From assembly GCA_963749655.1 (NCBI GenBank), contig CAVVOB010000023.1:79819-143818 (forward strand): a stretch of 64,000 nt of DNA, in the 5' to 3' direction. Source of the DNA: Nitrospirota bacterium. GTDB lineage: Bacteria > Nitrospirota > UBA9217. Position 1 is the stretch's first letter. Every line of letters begins with the position of its first letter. Shown here in pieces: positions 10,624 through 21,462 of the stretch. Both the position numbers and the translations under genes were made by a program. Below the pieces are notes generated by a model. The model saw only the letters and a program-made list of their open reading frames with translations, did not search any database and was not told where the DNA came from.

Positions 10624-10995
10624 ATGAAACCGGAAAAGGACAAACAGGACGAGATCATCGCCGAAGCCAGGCGACACCGCGAGCAGCGGGAGAAGGAATA
10701 CCGCGAGCGGGCGCTCAAGATGTATCCCCATCTCTGTGCGCGCTGCGGACGGGAATTCGCCGGGAAGAAGCTTCGCGAGCTGACGGTCCACCACAAGGAC
10801 CACAACCACGACAACAATCCGCCCGACGGCAGCAACTGGGAGCTGCTCTGCCTCTACTGCCACGACAACGAACATCAGGAGTATCTGGACACGGAGACCT
10901 TCGGCAAGGAGTCTCCCGCAGGACCAGGCGGCCGACCCTCCACCTACAAGCCCTTCGAGGCGCTTGCCGATCTCTTGAAAAACAAAAAACCATGA
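10624..10995 (+). CDS. yajD: YajD-family HNH protein
   Basis: CARCGREF...LTVHHKDHNHDNNPPDGSNWELLCLYCHDNEH. Confidence 0.85.
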   Translation: MKPEKDKQDEIIAEARRHREQREKEYRERALKMYPHLCARCGREFAGKKLRELTVHHKDHNHDNNPPDGSNWELLCLYCHDNEHQEYLDTETFGKESPAGPGGRPSTYKPFEALADLLKNKKP

Positions 10996-11331
10996 TCCGA
11001 GTGGAGCCCCCTCCGGCATCCCGACCTGTCGGGACTAAAATTGACGCGACCTCCCGCCTGCACCCGGCGTTTACGAGTGCGGATGCACGGAGTGCCAGGT
11101 GGAACTGCGAACTCGCGCATGCGTGACACGTTCGTGTCACGCGCGAGTGAGCGCTTTCCACCCCCGGCCGGAGCCGGGGGATGCCAAGGCGCGGGATAGC
11201 TCTGAACCGTTCCTGTTAGCCGCTGCCTTTCTTCAATTCCCGCATTGACATGCCCTGCCCCATTGATTAAACTTATTCGAGGACGTGAATGAAGAGAATC
11301 CCTTTTTTGAATTGAAAGGACGGACAGCTTC

Positions 11332-11892
11332 ATGAAGAACTTTATTCGGACCACAGCAGCAGTCGCGGCGTTCTGCTTTTTTGCCGGGCTGGCTATTGCC
11401 GAACCTCCCGCAACATCGCCCCGCGATCAGAAGGACGCCGCAGGCGCCCAGGATTCCTTTTCTCTTGTTCCTCCGAAAAAATGGTCCGTCAATATCAAAG
11501 ATGCCAACGCGAGAGGCATGTACGCCTACATGCTGATGGACGGCTACACCTATGAAACATCACCGGCACTCATCTACGTCAGGATAATGGACAAAATGGG
11601 CGTTGGCGTGGATGAACACCTGAAAGAGGACATGAAGGAGTCTCGCAAGGCAAGTCCCGACGTCACCTTTCAACCTTTCAAGGTCGACGGCCTGAAATAT
11701 TCCTACGCAGCCAAAAAATACACTTACGGCAAGACCTCGTGCGACTACCTCTGCTATGTCGATCCCGGAAAGGACGAGCAGACCTTCCTGATCTTTGTTC
11801 TGTCCTCGGACTATAAGAACTGCGGAAAATATTCGGAAGAATTCAGGACCGTGCTCAAATCCTTTGTTTGGGGCGGCACGTCAGGCCAATAA
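11332..11892 (+). CDS. Hypothetical exported protein
   Basis: Signal peptide (AIA cleavage), AAGGA RBS, 186 aa. Confidence 0.7.
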   Translation: MKNFIRTTAAVAAFCFFAGLAIAEPPATSPRDQKDAAGAQDSFSLVPPKKWSVNIKDANARGMYAYMLMDGYTYETSPALIYVRIMDKMGVGVDEHLKEDMKESRKASPDVTFQPFKVDGLKYSYAAKKYTYGKTSCDYLCYVDPGKDEQTFLIFVLSSDYKNCGKYSEEFRTVLKSFVWGGTSGQ

Positions 11893-11928
11893 AGACCAGC
11901 AGGCCGCCGGAAGAGGGGGGAGGGTTCA

Positions 11929-12384
11929 TCATGCCATTTTGTGATTCTTCATCTCCCGTTCTTGTTGTCTCTTGAATCTTCTCAACTCGCTGATCGTCAT
12001 GCACCGTGCCGAAGCCTCCCGCACGAAACTGATGTCTTCTTCAGCCTCGTCCATCCCGAGATCAGCGCAGATGGAAGCAAGGATTTCCTTTTGCAGGACA
12101 GGAAAGTCACGCGACCTTATCATCGAGAGAAGCGCCTTTCGCACGCCGGCTCTGGCCTCTTCCGACGGAAGCTTGTCGTAGTATTTTTTCCTGAAATTCA
12201 GAGGCGTACCGTTCGCGCCCATTCCGTTGAGACGAGTACCTGCTATCTCCATCCATAATTCTTTTCTCAGTCTCCTGGACGGATCTTTTTCCCGTTCTGC
12301 CGGACGGTAGAATCGAAAATAAAAAATCCAGTCCCTGATCACATCAAGGACCAACACTATGCCGGAACGGACGGGATTTTCCAT
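11929..12384 (-). CDS. Hypothetical protein
   Basis: AAGGAGGAG RBS; last gene of the NrtR operon. Confidence 0.65.
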   Translation of the reverse strand: MENPVRSGIVLVLDVIRDWIFYFRFYRPAEREKDPSRRLRKELWMEIAGTRLNGMGANGTPLNFRKKYYDKLPSEEARAGVRKALLSMIRSRDFPVLQKEILASICADLGMDEAEEDISFVREASARCMTISELRRFKRQQEREMKNHKMA

Positions 12385-12414
12385 GGCTCCTCCTTTTTTG
12401 TACCTGCTTGCGCG

Positions 12415-13350
12415 TTAGACCACAAGACGCCCCTTCTTCTCCGACACGCTCACTATCGCCTGTGTCCCGGAATTGAACTCCAGGTAGTCCGCCTCGATTC
12501 CATCACTGAAAATGACGCCGTTTTCGGGCATCTGGGAAACGAGACTCATCGGTTCTTTCGGAGTGACCTTGCCGAAGACCAGCGTCGCGGCCGATGCTTT
12601 GCTGGGGAACGGTTCCCGCACCGTGTAGTAAAGGTAATCCGATTCCCACTTGAAATTTTTCAGGACATCGGCATCAAAGGCCTTCCCGAATGTACTCCCG
12701 ATCCCCCGTGCGCCCGCCAGGATGCTCGTGAGCCATCCTGTCGAGCCGAGACCTGTTGAGACAATGATCCCGCTCGACGACTGCTGCTCATGCTTAGTTC
12801 CGATACCGAGCAGATACCGTGCCGAGACGTGCGACCGGGGACCGATAAAAAGATCGTTCACGCCGTAAAGGACCTGTCCGTTATTGAGCCCGACCTTGGC
12901 CATGGTGATCTCCCGTACCTGACGCCTGCGCGCAAAAACATCGGGCACGACCCCGGCCACGTCGCCTACGCCGAAGGGAAGCAGAACCCCGTCGTAACGC
13001 GCGGGATCGGGATTCACTGCGATGACCGGCTGGCCGTGAAGGTATTTGAGCGTATTCGCCACGAGGCCGTCCTGCCCAAGGACAACGATGGTGTCTTCAT
13101 CGCCGAACACGAAGTTCGTTAAAAATGCCCGGTCCAGTACCTGTACGCGCCCGAGGTCGCGCAGCTGGGCTTCCATTGTCTGCAGGGAACTCTTGTAGTT
13201 CCTGTGCTCGATCTCATAATCGGTAAAATCAGCGCCGAGGTGTTCTACATAGAATTTCGCCTGCCCGGGAGTATTGAACCGGACGATGAGCTCTTCCAAA
13301 CGCGTCGTCCTGGTGATCAGGATGATCTTATTTTCCGTCAGCCGTTTCAT
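12415..13350 (-). CDS. NAD kinase-like protein
   Basis: GQDG (cf. GGDG), ND motif, SSGIIVSTGLGSTGW. Confidence 0.85.
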   Translation of the reverse strand: MKRLTENKIILITRTTRLEELIVRFNTPGQAKFYVEHLGADFTDYEIEHRNYKSSLQTMEAQLRDLGRVQVLDRAFLTNFVFGDEDTIVVLGQDGLVANTLKYLHGQPVIAVNPDPARYDGVLLPFGVGDVAGVVPDVFARRRQVREITMAKVGLNNGQVLYGVNDLFIGPRSHVSARYLLGIGTKHEQQSSSGIIVSTGLGSTGWLTSILAGARGIGSTFGKAFDADVLKNFKWESDYLYYTVREPFPSKASAATLVFGKVTPKEPMSLVSQMPENGVIFSDGIEADYLEFNSGTQAIVSVSEKKGRLVV

Positions 13351-13354
13351 GCGC

Positions 13355-14371
13355 TTACCTGCTTTGTTTTGCCAGCTCCCGCAGAAGATCCGGCGAAATG
13401 TTCAATTCTCCGATCTTGGCTGCGCTCCCCGCCAGTTCGCGGAACGAAGCGGCGATCAGCTGGTTCGGCTGCATGCCCATGCTTGCCAGAGAATTGAGGA
13501 CCTTGGGATCGATCCTGGCGATCGCTTCCATGACCGCCGACATGCTGTAGGCCTTGGCGTCGGCCTCGACCCGGGCGTTTTCCGCGCTCAGCTGGACGAG
13601 TTCCTTGTTCTTCTCTTCAAGAGAGACCTTTCCGGCCATCTCTTCTTCCATGAGCAGCCGTTTCTTCTCCTGCACCGCCCGCTCGGCATCCATCTGGGTT
13701 TCCCGGATCTGGCGCTTCTTGTTCTCGACGGCGATGTCGGTATTGAGTTCATTTTCCTTGATCGCCCGCTCCTGCTCGATAGCCGAGTTTCTGCGGCCGT
13801 AAATGGCCTCGTCCGCTTCCATAAGAAGCTGTTCCCGAACTCCCGCCTCCAGCGCCCGCGCCGTCTCAGGGGTCGGTTTGATCGCGAGAATGGAAAGATC
13901 GAGAATTTCGATCCCCAGCGAGCTGAGAACTGTCGATTCCGACATGGCTGCCTTGACCTTTTTCACGAGCATGTCAAAGGAAATCAGCACATCGCGCAGC
14001 GGAAGCGCCTGGAGTTCGGCCCGGATGAGCACCTGCACCTGGTTGATGATCCGTGCCGGGAACTTTTCCGGATCGTCGGAGACGTATTTCCGGTTCATAG
14101 CATCCAGGGTGAAGTTCAGCATCTTCGCGAGCCGGCCCGGGTCCGCTACGCGGTAGACGACCTGGCCCTGGACCGTCACATCCTGAAAATCGGACGTCAC
14201 TTCCTTGAAGATAAAGGGGATGTCCGTACTGGCGATCGGCACGGCTACGAGTGAGGTCAGGGGTGCGAAGTAAAAGAAAGAGAGACCGGTTCCCTCCCGC
14301 ACCAGTCTGCCTTTGCGGTACTGCATGAGATACATCGTGGGGTCGACTTTAATGAATTGCATTCCGATCAT
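13355..14371 (-). CDS. SPFH/band 7 domain protein
   Basis: T.DFQDVTVQGQVVYRV SPFH core plus coiled-coil C-terminus. Confidence 0.85.
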   Translation of the reverse strand: MIGMQFIKVDPTMYLMQYRKGRLVREGTGLSFFYFAPLTSLVAVPIASTDIPFIFKEVTSDFQDVTVQGQVVYRVADPGRLAKMLNFTLDAMNRKYVSDDPEKFPARIINQVQVLIRAELQALPLRDVLISFDMLVKKVKAAMSESTVLSSLGIEILDLSILAIKPTPETARALEAGVREQLLMEADEAIYGRRNSAIEQERAIKENELNTDIAVENKKRQIRETQMDAERAVQEKKRLLMEEEMAGKVSLEEKNKELVQLSAENARVEADAKAYSMSAVMEAIARIDPKVLNSLASMGMQPNQLIAASFRELAGSAAKIGELNISPDLLRELAKQSR

Positions 14372-14392
14372 GGCGTCCTCCGTTTCGGTCCG

Positions 14393-15073
14393 TCAGATTT
14401 CAAAATCAAATCCCTTTTCCTTCAGCTGCCGGTACTTCTTCTCATCGAACTGGTACAGCCGCGCTGCGCGGTGCGCCACGTCCATCTGGACCTCGTCGAG
14501 CTCTTTCAGGAGCCCCATGCCCAGGATCTTCTTGCGAAAGTTCCGTTTATCAACATCCTGTTCCAGGACCTTTTCGTACAACCGCTGCAGCTCGGTGAGC
14601 GTGAACTTCGCCGGCAAAAGCTCGAACCCGACAGGTTCATAGCGGACTTTCCCCCGAAGCCGCCTCAGCGCAACGTCGAAGATCCGGTTGTGGTCGAAAG
14701 CCAGCTTCGGCACGTCGTCTATGGAAAACCAGGCTGCGTTACGCGCGTCCGTGGCGGCCTTGATCTTGTGGTCGCGGAGGTTGACCAGGGCGTAATAGGC
14801 GACGGAGATCACCCGATCGCGGGGATCGCGGCTGACGTCGCCGAAGGTATACAGCTGCTCCAGGAACACGTTATCGACCCCCGTTTCCTCCTTAAGCTCC
14901 CGCATGGCTGCGGCCTCCAGGGATTCGTCGATATGCACGAATCCTCCGGGCAGGGCCCATCGGCCCTTAAAGGGCTCGAGATCGCGCTCGATGAGAATGA
15001 TCTTGAGGTCCTTCTCGTCGAGGCCGAAAACCACGCAGTCTACGGTAACGCCGGGTTTCTTATAGGTTGTCAT
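14393..15073 (-). CDS. nrtR: NrtR-family NUDIX/wHTH transcriptional regulator
   Basis: [25 protein letters not shown] Nudix box; [11 protein letters not shown]...DKRNFRKK wHTH. Confidence 0.9.
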   Translation of the reverse strand: MTTYKKPGVTVDCVVFGLDEKDLKIILIERDLEPFKGRWALPGGFVHIDESLEAAAMRELKEETGVDNVFLEQLYTFGDVSRDPRDRVISVAYYALVNLRDHKIKAATDARNAAWFSIDDVPKLAFDHNRIFDVALRRLRGKVRYEPVGFELLPAKFTLTELQRLYEKVLEQDVDKRNFRKKILGMGLLKELDEVQMDVAHRAARLYQFDEKKYRQLKEKGFDFEI

Positions 15074-15087
15074 TATTGTTCCTCAAT

Positions 15088-15134
15088 GGTGTTTCTTTAA
15101 CACTAAGTATAGTGTATTAATTACACTTTGTCAA
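15088..15134 (-). promoter_or_regulatory. Sigma-70 promoter with two NrtR operators
   Basis: TTGACA(15134-15129)-N17-TATACT(15111-15106); palindromes GGTGT-TTCTTTA-ACACT (15088-15104) and AGTGT-ATTAATT-ACACT (15111-15127) carry the NrtR GT-N7-AC core. Confidence 0.85.
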
Positions 15135-15245
15135 GAAAAAATTTCTGACCGTCTGGGATATGATCGCGCACATCCCTTCTTGACAGCCTCCTGCGAAACC
15201 TCTACACTCTTATCCACAATAAGACGACAACAGCGGAGGGACGGC

Positions 15246-16457
15246 ATGAGCGTGTTCGCAAGGATCAGGGAGCGTTTCGCAAAGGTCAGGAGCAACCTCA
15301 CAAGCCTCGACAGCCAGCCCTTGAGCAAGGCGGCGCTGGTCATCATTCTTTTTCTTGACGTCTTTATCCTTACCTCGATCTTTCACGGCCTCGAGGAGCA
15401 CACCCGTCAGCTCAGCACCCCGGACGCCTACATCCCTCATTCCTGCAGAGACATGGTGATCAACAGGGACTGGAACCCCACGAACCGGATCGACAACCTC
15501 GCTTCCCTTGTGCCCTCCTACGGGGGAGGCTATTACCTGGCGCCTGGTAAAAAGCAGGACATCCATCCTCTCTGCGCGCCCTACGTCGACCTTCTGGACC
15601 GGATCAAAAGCGACAAGGAGCTCGTCGCCTCGTTCGAAGACCGGGGCAAGTTTTTGAATGAAACAAGGGAGCTCCAGCGCGAAATCGGGAGCACCAAGGG
15701 CGCCTACGACACGTCGCTCTTCGAAACCATCGCAAAACAGAAACAGGGCCAGGCCAATGTCGGCAAGATCAAGCAGGAGGTCCGAGACAAGACCAATGCC
15801 CTGAACACCTTAAAAGAACGGATCGCGGCCCTGGAGCTCACGATCAACGGGAACGCGCTCGTTCAGGCGCTCTGGGAAAAGCTGCAAACTCTCAGACCCG
15901 AGGACCGGGAGAAGTTGAGGGATGACCTGAGCAGGCTGTACTTCTGGTACCCGGTGAAGCGTCTGGCTATGCAGATGGTCTTCCTCCTGCCGATCTTCGT
16001 CGTCTTCTACATATGGAACAACGTGAGCATCAGGAAAAGTCGAGGCCTCCAGGTCCTCGTCTCGTCTCATCTCCTCGTGGTTTCGTTCATCCCGGTCTTC
16101 TTCAAGATCATCGAGACGGTCTACGACATCATTCCGAAAAAATTCCTCGTGAAGGTCATCGCCCTCCTGGAATCCCTCAAGCTCGTCGGCATCTGGTATT
16201 ATTTCGTCATTGCCCTTTCCGTGGCCGCGGCCCTATTCCTTATCTATATCTTCCAGAAGAAGCTCTTCTCGCGCGAGAAGATGATCGAGCGGAGGATCTC
16301 CAAAGGCCTGTGCCAGAACTGCGGCAAGCACCTGCCCCCGGGATCGCAGGCCTGCCCCTTCTGCGGGTTCGGGCAGTTCAAAAGCTGCCCGGCATGCACA
16401 AAGCAGACGCATGTGTACGGAAAGTACTGCAGGGAGTGCGGTAGATTGATGGAGTGA
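15246..16457 (+). CDS. Membrane protein with coiled coil and C-terminal double zinc ribbon
   Basis: N-terminal TM, periplasmic coiled coil, 3-4 TM, CQNC..CPFC..CPAC..CREC. Confidence 0.8.
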   Translation: MSVFARIRERFAKVRSNLTSLDSQPLSKAALVIILFLDVFILTSIFHGLEEHTRQLSTPDAYIPHSCRDMVINRDWNPTNRIDNLASLVPSYGGGYYLAPGKKQDIHPLCAPYVDLLDRIKSDKELVASFEDRGKFLNETRELQREIGSTKGAYDTSLFETIAKQKQGQANVGKIKQEVRDKTNALNTLKERIAALELTINGNALVQALWEKLQTLRPEDREKLRDDLSRLYFWYPVKRLAMQMVFLLPIFVVFYIWNNVSIRKSRGLQVLVSSHLLVVSFIPVFFKIIETVYDIIPKKFLVKVIALLESLKLVGIWYYFVIALSVAAALFLIYIFQKKLFSREKMIERRISKGLCQNCGKHLPPGSQACPFCGFGQFKSCPACTKQTHVYGKYCRECGRLME

Positions 16458-16549
16458 ATAAATCACGAAAGATCGTTTACCGCGAAGGCGCGAAGGACGC
16501 GAAGGAAACAATTCTTGGTTTGGGTTAAAAAAGCTTTTGATGGTTCCCA

Positions 16550-16720
16550 TGCGAAAATTTAGGCAGGCGACTGAGGACGAGGATTAAGCATTTCGGACTG
16601 TCTGAGCCCGAAGGGCGAGTTTCCGAAATGTACCGAGTACGACCGAGCCTGCCGTAAAGAATTTTCGCCGGGTGCCCTTCTTTGGGTCCCCTTTCTTGGG
16701 CACGCAAGAAAGGGGACGGG
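16550..16720 (+). repeat. ~170-bp palindromic repeat (copy 1)
   Basis: Reverse-complement match to 19510-19780. Confidence 0.8.
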
Positions 16721-16946
16721 AGCATGAGTCAATTAGAATCATCAAATAAGTATTGCTACTCACCTAAAAAAGAAAAAAACAATCCATCCTTTTATTCTTT
16801 ATCGGGTCTAAAATAATATATAGGCGTCTGCTACAAAGCGGTCGATTGCTTTCCCATGATACTTTTGCACCCACCTTCATGGAAGCAATGGACAAAGAAG
16901 GGCGCCCATCAGCGACTCCAGGTTGGAAAACGAAAGGAGCAGCGCT

Positions 16947-18207
16947 GTGAATAAGACCTTCATAAAGAGTTTTTTTCTTTCCCTTGTTGTGTCCCTTTCG
17001 ACGCTCCTGTCCGCTCAGGCTTGGGCGGAGGACGAAGAGCTGATTTACCCAATGCCGTTTACGGCAGAGGAGCTCGACAACCTCCTTGCTCCGATCGCTC
17101 TCTACCCCGATCCTCTGCTCGCCCAGATACTGCCAGCCTCGACATACCCAGATGACGTTGTTGAAGCTGATGCGTGGTTCACTAGCGGAGGGGATCCCTC
17201 GCGTATCGACGAGCAGAACTGGGCCGAGTCCGTCAGGGCGATTGCCCGCTATCCGGACATTCTGCAGATGATGGCCCGGAACATTGATTGGGCTGCCAAC
17301 GTGGGAGACGCTTTTCTGAACCAACCGGAAGAGGTGACCGATTCGATCCAGCGGCTCAGGTGGCAGGCCAGAGCTGCCGGCAATCTGGCCAGCAATGCCG
17401 AACAAAGCGTCATTGTCGAGGGAGACTATATCCAGATCATTCCGGCACAGCCTCAATATATATACCTCCCTCAGTATGACCCTGCAGTTGTATATGTCGA
17501 GGGGCCGCCTATGGGCGCTCCGCCTTTCATCACCTTCGGCGTGGTGCTGGTGATCGGCGACTGGCTCAGCATGGACTTTGACTGGCATCGCCGCCACGTT
17601 ATTTATCACGGTTGGAACCGGCCGGGCTGGGTCGATCACGCCAGGCCCTATGTGCACATCCGGAACGTTTACATCACCAGAAACAGGCCCCTTATAAATC
17701 AGACGTGGAGGCACGACAGATCGCGGAACGGCCCGGACAGGTATTTGACAAGACGTCCCAGTGGTCCGAACGCCGACCGGTACGAGCGCATGGGAGAAGC
17801 ACGGGGCAGCACAACGATACGGACCAGGCCGCATTACGGAACATTCAGCCCGGCGAAGCGATGCCCGTGCAATCAGTAATCGCGGCAAAGAAAGCCGCGG
17901 CATAGTGACACCCGTGCCGCCATTGCCGACTCAGGGAATTGTGCGGCAGCGTCCCGCTCCGCCTGCTCCCCAGGTCAGAAGCACTGTCAAACCGCCGGAG
18001 AGCGAACGCGTGCAGCCTGCCAGGATACCGTCGGTCACCTATGGCGGTTATAGGGGATCAGCCGAGGCAAGAGAGCAGAGTCTTCGCGGCCAGACCAGCC
18101 GGCAGAGCACTGTAGGTGGACGCCCGCCAGCCGCGCCTGCAGGCAAAGGCAGCAGCGCACCGGCGGGCCGGGATTCCTCCAGGGAAGATCAACGCAGGCA
18201 GCGATAA
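16947..18207 (+). CDS. DUF3300-domain protein (frameshift near 17860)
   Basis: ELDNLLAPIALYPDPLLAQIL.ASTYP signature; low-complexity tail continues in ORF 17761-18207. Confidence 0.85.
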
Positions 18208-18273
18208 GAGGAGTGCAAGCACTGCGTTTAAATACTGATGGTATCAAAAAAGTCGAAGATCACCCCAAGGACA

Positions 18274-18420
18274 GTCATTCCCCGCTCCTTGTGAAAAAGA
18301 TTGATGCGGGGCGGAGCCGGCCTGCCCCGACTAGTCGGGGCTTGTCCGGAATCGTATTTTATCAGCGCGTTATGCGGCACCATGATTCCCGACAAGCGGG
18401 AATGACGACTTTTTATGACA
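18274..18420. repeat. CGTC-type REP-like palindrome cluster
   Basis: GTCATTCCC.../ATTCCCGACAAGCGGGAATGACG; related copies at 24241-24330, 41855-41884 and 59748-59823. Confidence 0.75.
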
Positions 18421-18453
18421 TCATTAATACTTGATGACAGAAAGGAAAAAAAT

Positions 18454-19428
18454 ATGAAGACAGATCAGCAAAGAGCCCTGTCCCGCGCCAAAGGGGCCGT
18501 TGTTTTTATTACCGCACTCCTGCTAATTGCGACATTGATATCTGCCTGGAATAATCCGCTCATGGCAGCTTCATCACAAAAATTCTTCCCCTCTCCCGAA
18601 GAAGCCCTGAAAGGACTCGTCGACGCTGTCAAGGCCCAGGACAAGGCTGCGCTCGATCAGGTCTTCGGGCCCGCGGCAAAAGACCTCGGCTCGAAAGACG
18701 AGGTGCAGGCAGCTGCCGAGTCCAAGGAATTTGCAAAGCATGTTGCCGAAAAAACCAGCCTCGTGAAAGAGAACGATTCAAAGGTGATCATCCACCTGGG
18801 CAACGAGAACTGGCCGTTCCCTATTCCCCTCGTAAAAGCAGCGGATGGCCAGTGGTTCTTTGACACCGAAGCAGGCAAGGAAGAGGTCCTGAACCGCAGG
18901 ATCGGAGAAGACGAGCTCACCGCCATACTCGTCTGCCGCACCTACGTCAAGGCGCAGCGTGACTATGTTCTGAAGGACTGGGATGGAGACGGCATCGTCG
19001 CCTATGCGCAGAAGCTTCGAAGCGATCCTGAAAAAAAGAACGGTCTCTTCTGGCGCCATGCGCAGGGTGAACCAACGAGCCCCCTGGGCGAGCTCGTGGC
19101 GCAGGCAAGGATGGAAGGCTACAAAAAGGAAAAGTCTTTGTTCAAAGATCAGCCGGTACCCTTTCACGGATATTTTTTCAAGATCCTGACAAAGCAGGGA
19201 GAGCACGCAGCGGGCTGGAAATACGATTACATCATCAACGGCAATATGGTAGGCGGCTTCGCCCTCGTCGCCTTTCCCTCGGACTGGGGAAAGTCAGGGG
19301 TGATGACCTTCATCGTTAACCAGCTGGGCAAGGTTTATCAGAAGAACCTGGGACCGGATACGTCGAAGATCACCATGGATATGCAGTCGTATGATCCCGA
19401 TGAGACGTGGACTGCGGTTAAGGAATGA
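18454..19428 (+). CDS. DUF2950-domain protein
   Basis: WPFPIPLVK...W.FDTEAG.EE..NRRIG, PFHGYFFKIL, GVMTFIVN; usual partner of DUF3300. Confidence 0.9.
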   Translation: MKTDQQRALSRAKGAVVFITALLLIATLISAWNNPLMAASSQKFFPSPEEALKGLVDAVKAQDKAALDQVFGPAAKDLGSKDEVQAAAESKEFAKHVAEKTSLVKENDSKVIIHLGNENWPFPIPLVKAADGQWFFDTEAGKEEVLNRRIGEDELTAILVCRTYVKAQRDYVLKDWDGDGIVAYAQKLRSDPEKKNGLFWRHAQGEPTSPLGELVAQARMEGYKKEKSLFKDQPVPFHGYFFKILTKQGEHAAGWKYDYIINGNMVGGFALVAFPSDWGKSGVMTFIVNQLGKVYQKNLGPDTSKITMDMQSYDPDETWTAVKE

Positions 19429-19509
19429 CAAAGCAACAAATTACCGCGAAGGGGATGTGCAAAAAATGCAGATCACAAACTTTGGGCCTTGAATTCCGAA
19501 CTATTCTTG

Positions 19510-19780
19510 TCACCTTTCTTGCTTGCCCAAACAAGGTAACCGAAAGAAGGGCACCCGGCGGAAATTCTTTACGGCAGGCTCGGTCGTCCTCGGTACATTT
19601 CGGAAACTCGCCGATAGAATCATCTTTGTCCGACCGTCCCTCTCCCTCAGGGAGAGGGTCCGGATGAGGGTGGGTATCGGCCTCAGACACCGCGCACTCC
19701 GTGCATCCGCACTCGTAGACACCCCGTGCAGGCAGTCCGAAATGCTTAACCTTCGTCCTCGGTCGCCTGCCTAATTTCCC
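19510..19780 (-). repeat. ~170-bp repeat (copy 2, inverted) with a nested ~110-bp insertion
   Basis: Reverse complement of 16550-16720, interrupted by a CCCTCTCCC-GGGAGAGGG REP and a segment matching 11070-11097. Confidence 0.75.
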
Positions 19781-19944
19781 GCATGCGGTCCAGCGTCAAA
19801 AGCTTCAATCAAAACAAAAATGCTTAATTTTATGACTTTCTTTGCGGCTTTGCGTCTTTGCGCGAGAAATGATTTATTTCTTGACTGACCAGGGATTTTC
19901 AGCATATTGTGCTCTTTGCGTTCCAGCGGTGAAAGAGGGTTTTC

Positions 19945-20823
19945 ATGCCCGAATATGAAGGCATCGTCATACGTCCTCCGAGCGAGGCCGACAGCCTGAT
20001 CCTCCAGTACACGATCGGCTGCTCCCACAACCAGTGCATCTTCTGCCCTGCGTATAAGGAGAAGCGTTTCCGCATCCGGAGCCTCGCCGAGATGCAAAAG
20101 GACATCGCGGACTGCCTTCCGGCGTTCGCGGACACGCGCCGGATCTTCCTTGCCGACGGCGACGCGCTCGCAGCGCCTACAACCGATCTACTTGCCCTCT
20201 TCTCGCTCCTGCGGTCTCCCTTCCCCAAGCTTCATAGAATCGGCATGTATGCGAATGCAAGAAACATTCTGTGGAAATCAGTCGAGGAACTGAGGAATCT
20301 CAAGGAGGCGGGACTCGGCATTCTCTACCTCGGCATCGAGAGCGGTGATGATGAGCTGCTTCGGTGGATAAAGAAGGGCGCGACAGCAACGGACATGGCA
20401 GAGTCAGGCAGACGCGTCAAAGACGCAGGCATAAAACTCTCGGTCACGGTCCTGCTCGGGATCGGCGGAGTAGAAAGAAGCGCTGATCATGCCCTGTTGA
20501 CAGGAAAGCTTCTAACCGCAATCGACCCCGATTACGTGGGCGCGCTCACGACTATGGTGGTGAAGGGAACGCCGCTGTACAATCTGGAGCAACAGGGAAA
20601 ATTCAAACTGCCTTCCGCCTTCGCCATACTTTCGGAACTTGCAGAGATGCTTGAGCACACCACGATGACTCGCGGTCTGTTCTTCGCGAACCATGCGTCA
20701 AATTATCTGCCTGTCCGCGTCCGTATGCCTTCGGATCGCGACAGGACTGTTGATATGATCCGCGCGTTTGTGCGGCAGGGAGATGCAGCATCGCTGAAAC
20801 CGGAAGGGCTGAGGAGATTATAG
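19945..20823 (+). CDS. Radical SAM protein
   Basis: CSHNQCIFC (CxxxCxxC), RPPSEA, FLADGDAL, ANHASNY. Confidence 0.92.
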   Translation: MPEYEGIVIRPPSEADSLILQYTIGCSHNQCIFCPAYKEKRFRIRSLAEMQKDIADCLPAFADTRRIFLADGDALAAPTTDLLALFSLLRSPFPKLHRIGMYANARNILWKSVEELRNLKEAGLGILYLGIESGDDELLRWIKKGATATDMAESGRRVKDAGIKLSVTVLLGIGGVERSADHALLTGKLLTAIDPDYVGALTTMVVKGTPLYNLEQQGKFKLPSAFAILSELAEMLEHTTMTRGLFFANHASNYLPVRVRMPSDRDRTVDMIRAFVRQGDAASLKPEGLRRL

Positions 20824-20990
20824 ATTTCGTCTTTTTTCATTACTGTGGGGAGGAGAAAGAAATGGGTTGAGGAGTACTCTTACAAAGCTGCGCTATGGTG
20901 AGAATGTCAATTTTCAAGTCTGACCCGCTTCGGTCCCTTTCGCTTGACGGTGCCTTTTAATGGGTGACCCTCAACAGCCCCCATACCTAG

Positions 20991-21395
20991 TTACTGTGCT
21001 ATTTTCTTTTGTGCCCTACGGTAAAACAAAAAGAAAAGTCCGGCATCCAATACAGATAAAGCAATAATGAAACCGAACAATTGAAGGAGTTGAAATCCCT
21101 TTTCTATTGCAATGATCATAATAACAAGAGACGCTACTTCCACCACTGTAGTAAGAACAAAAATAAATCCTCCAACCATGGTCTTAAAATCGGTTAAATA
21201 CCAAGCTTCATACCAGGTGCCTGCTACTACATAAGCTGAGAAGAGAGGGTAGAAAAAATATATGTAGCTCTGCTCTCTTGCCAGACGAGGAGACCCTAAA
21301 AACATTAGCGCCGTCATCAAAATCCATAGCAAGCCCAAAAGTCTCCATTTCTGTTTTGTTGTTAGTTTTAAAAATTTGCTTTCATTCTTTTTCAT
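20991..21395 (-). CDS. AT-rich hypothetical membrane protein (about 4 TM)
   Basis: 134-aa hydrophobic ORF, visibly lower GC than its flanks. Confidence 0.6.
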   Translation of the reverse strand: MKKNESKFLKLTTKQKWRLLGLLWILMTALMFLGSPRLAREQSYIYFFYPLFSAYVVAGTWYEAWYLTDFKTMVGGFIFVLTTVVEVASLVIMIIAIEKGFQLLQLFGFIIALSVLDAGLFFLFYRRAQKKIAQ

Positions 21396-21462
21396 ACTTA
21401 TTTTTTACCGTGCTGTGTTACCCCAAAACACTCGATTCAAATAACCTAATTTCAACGAGTTA

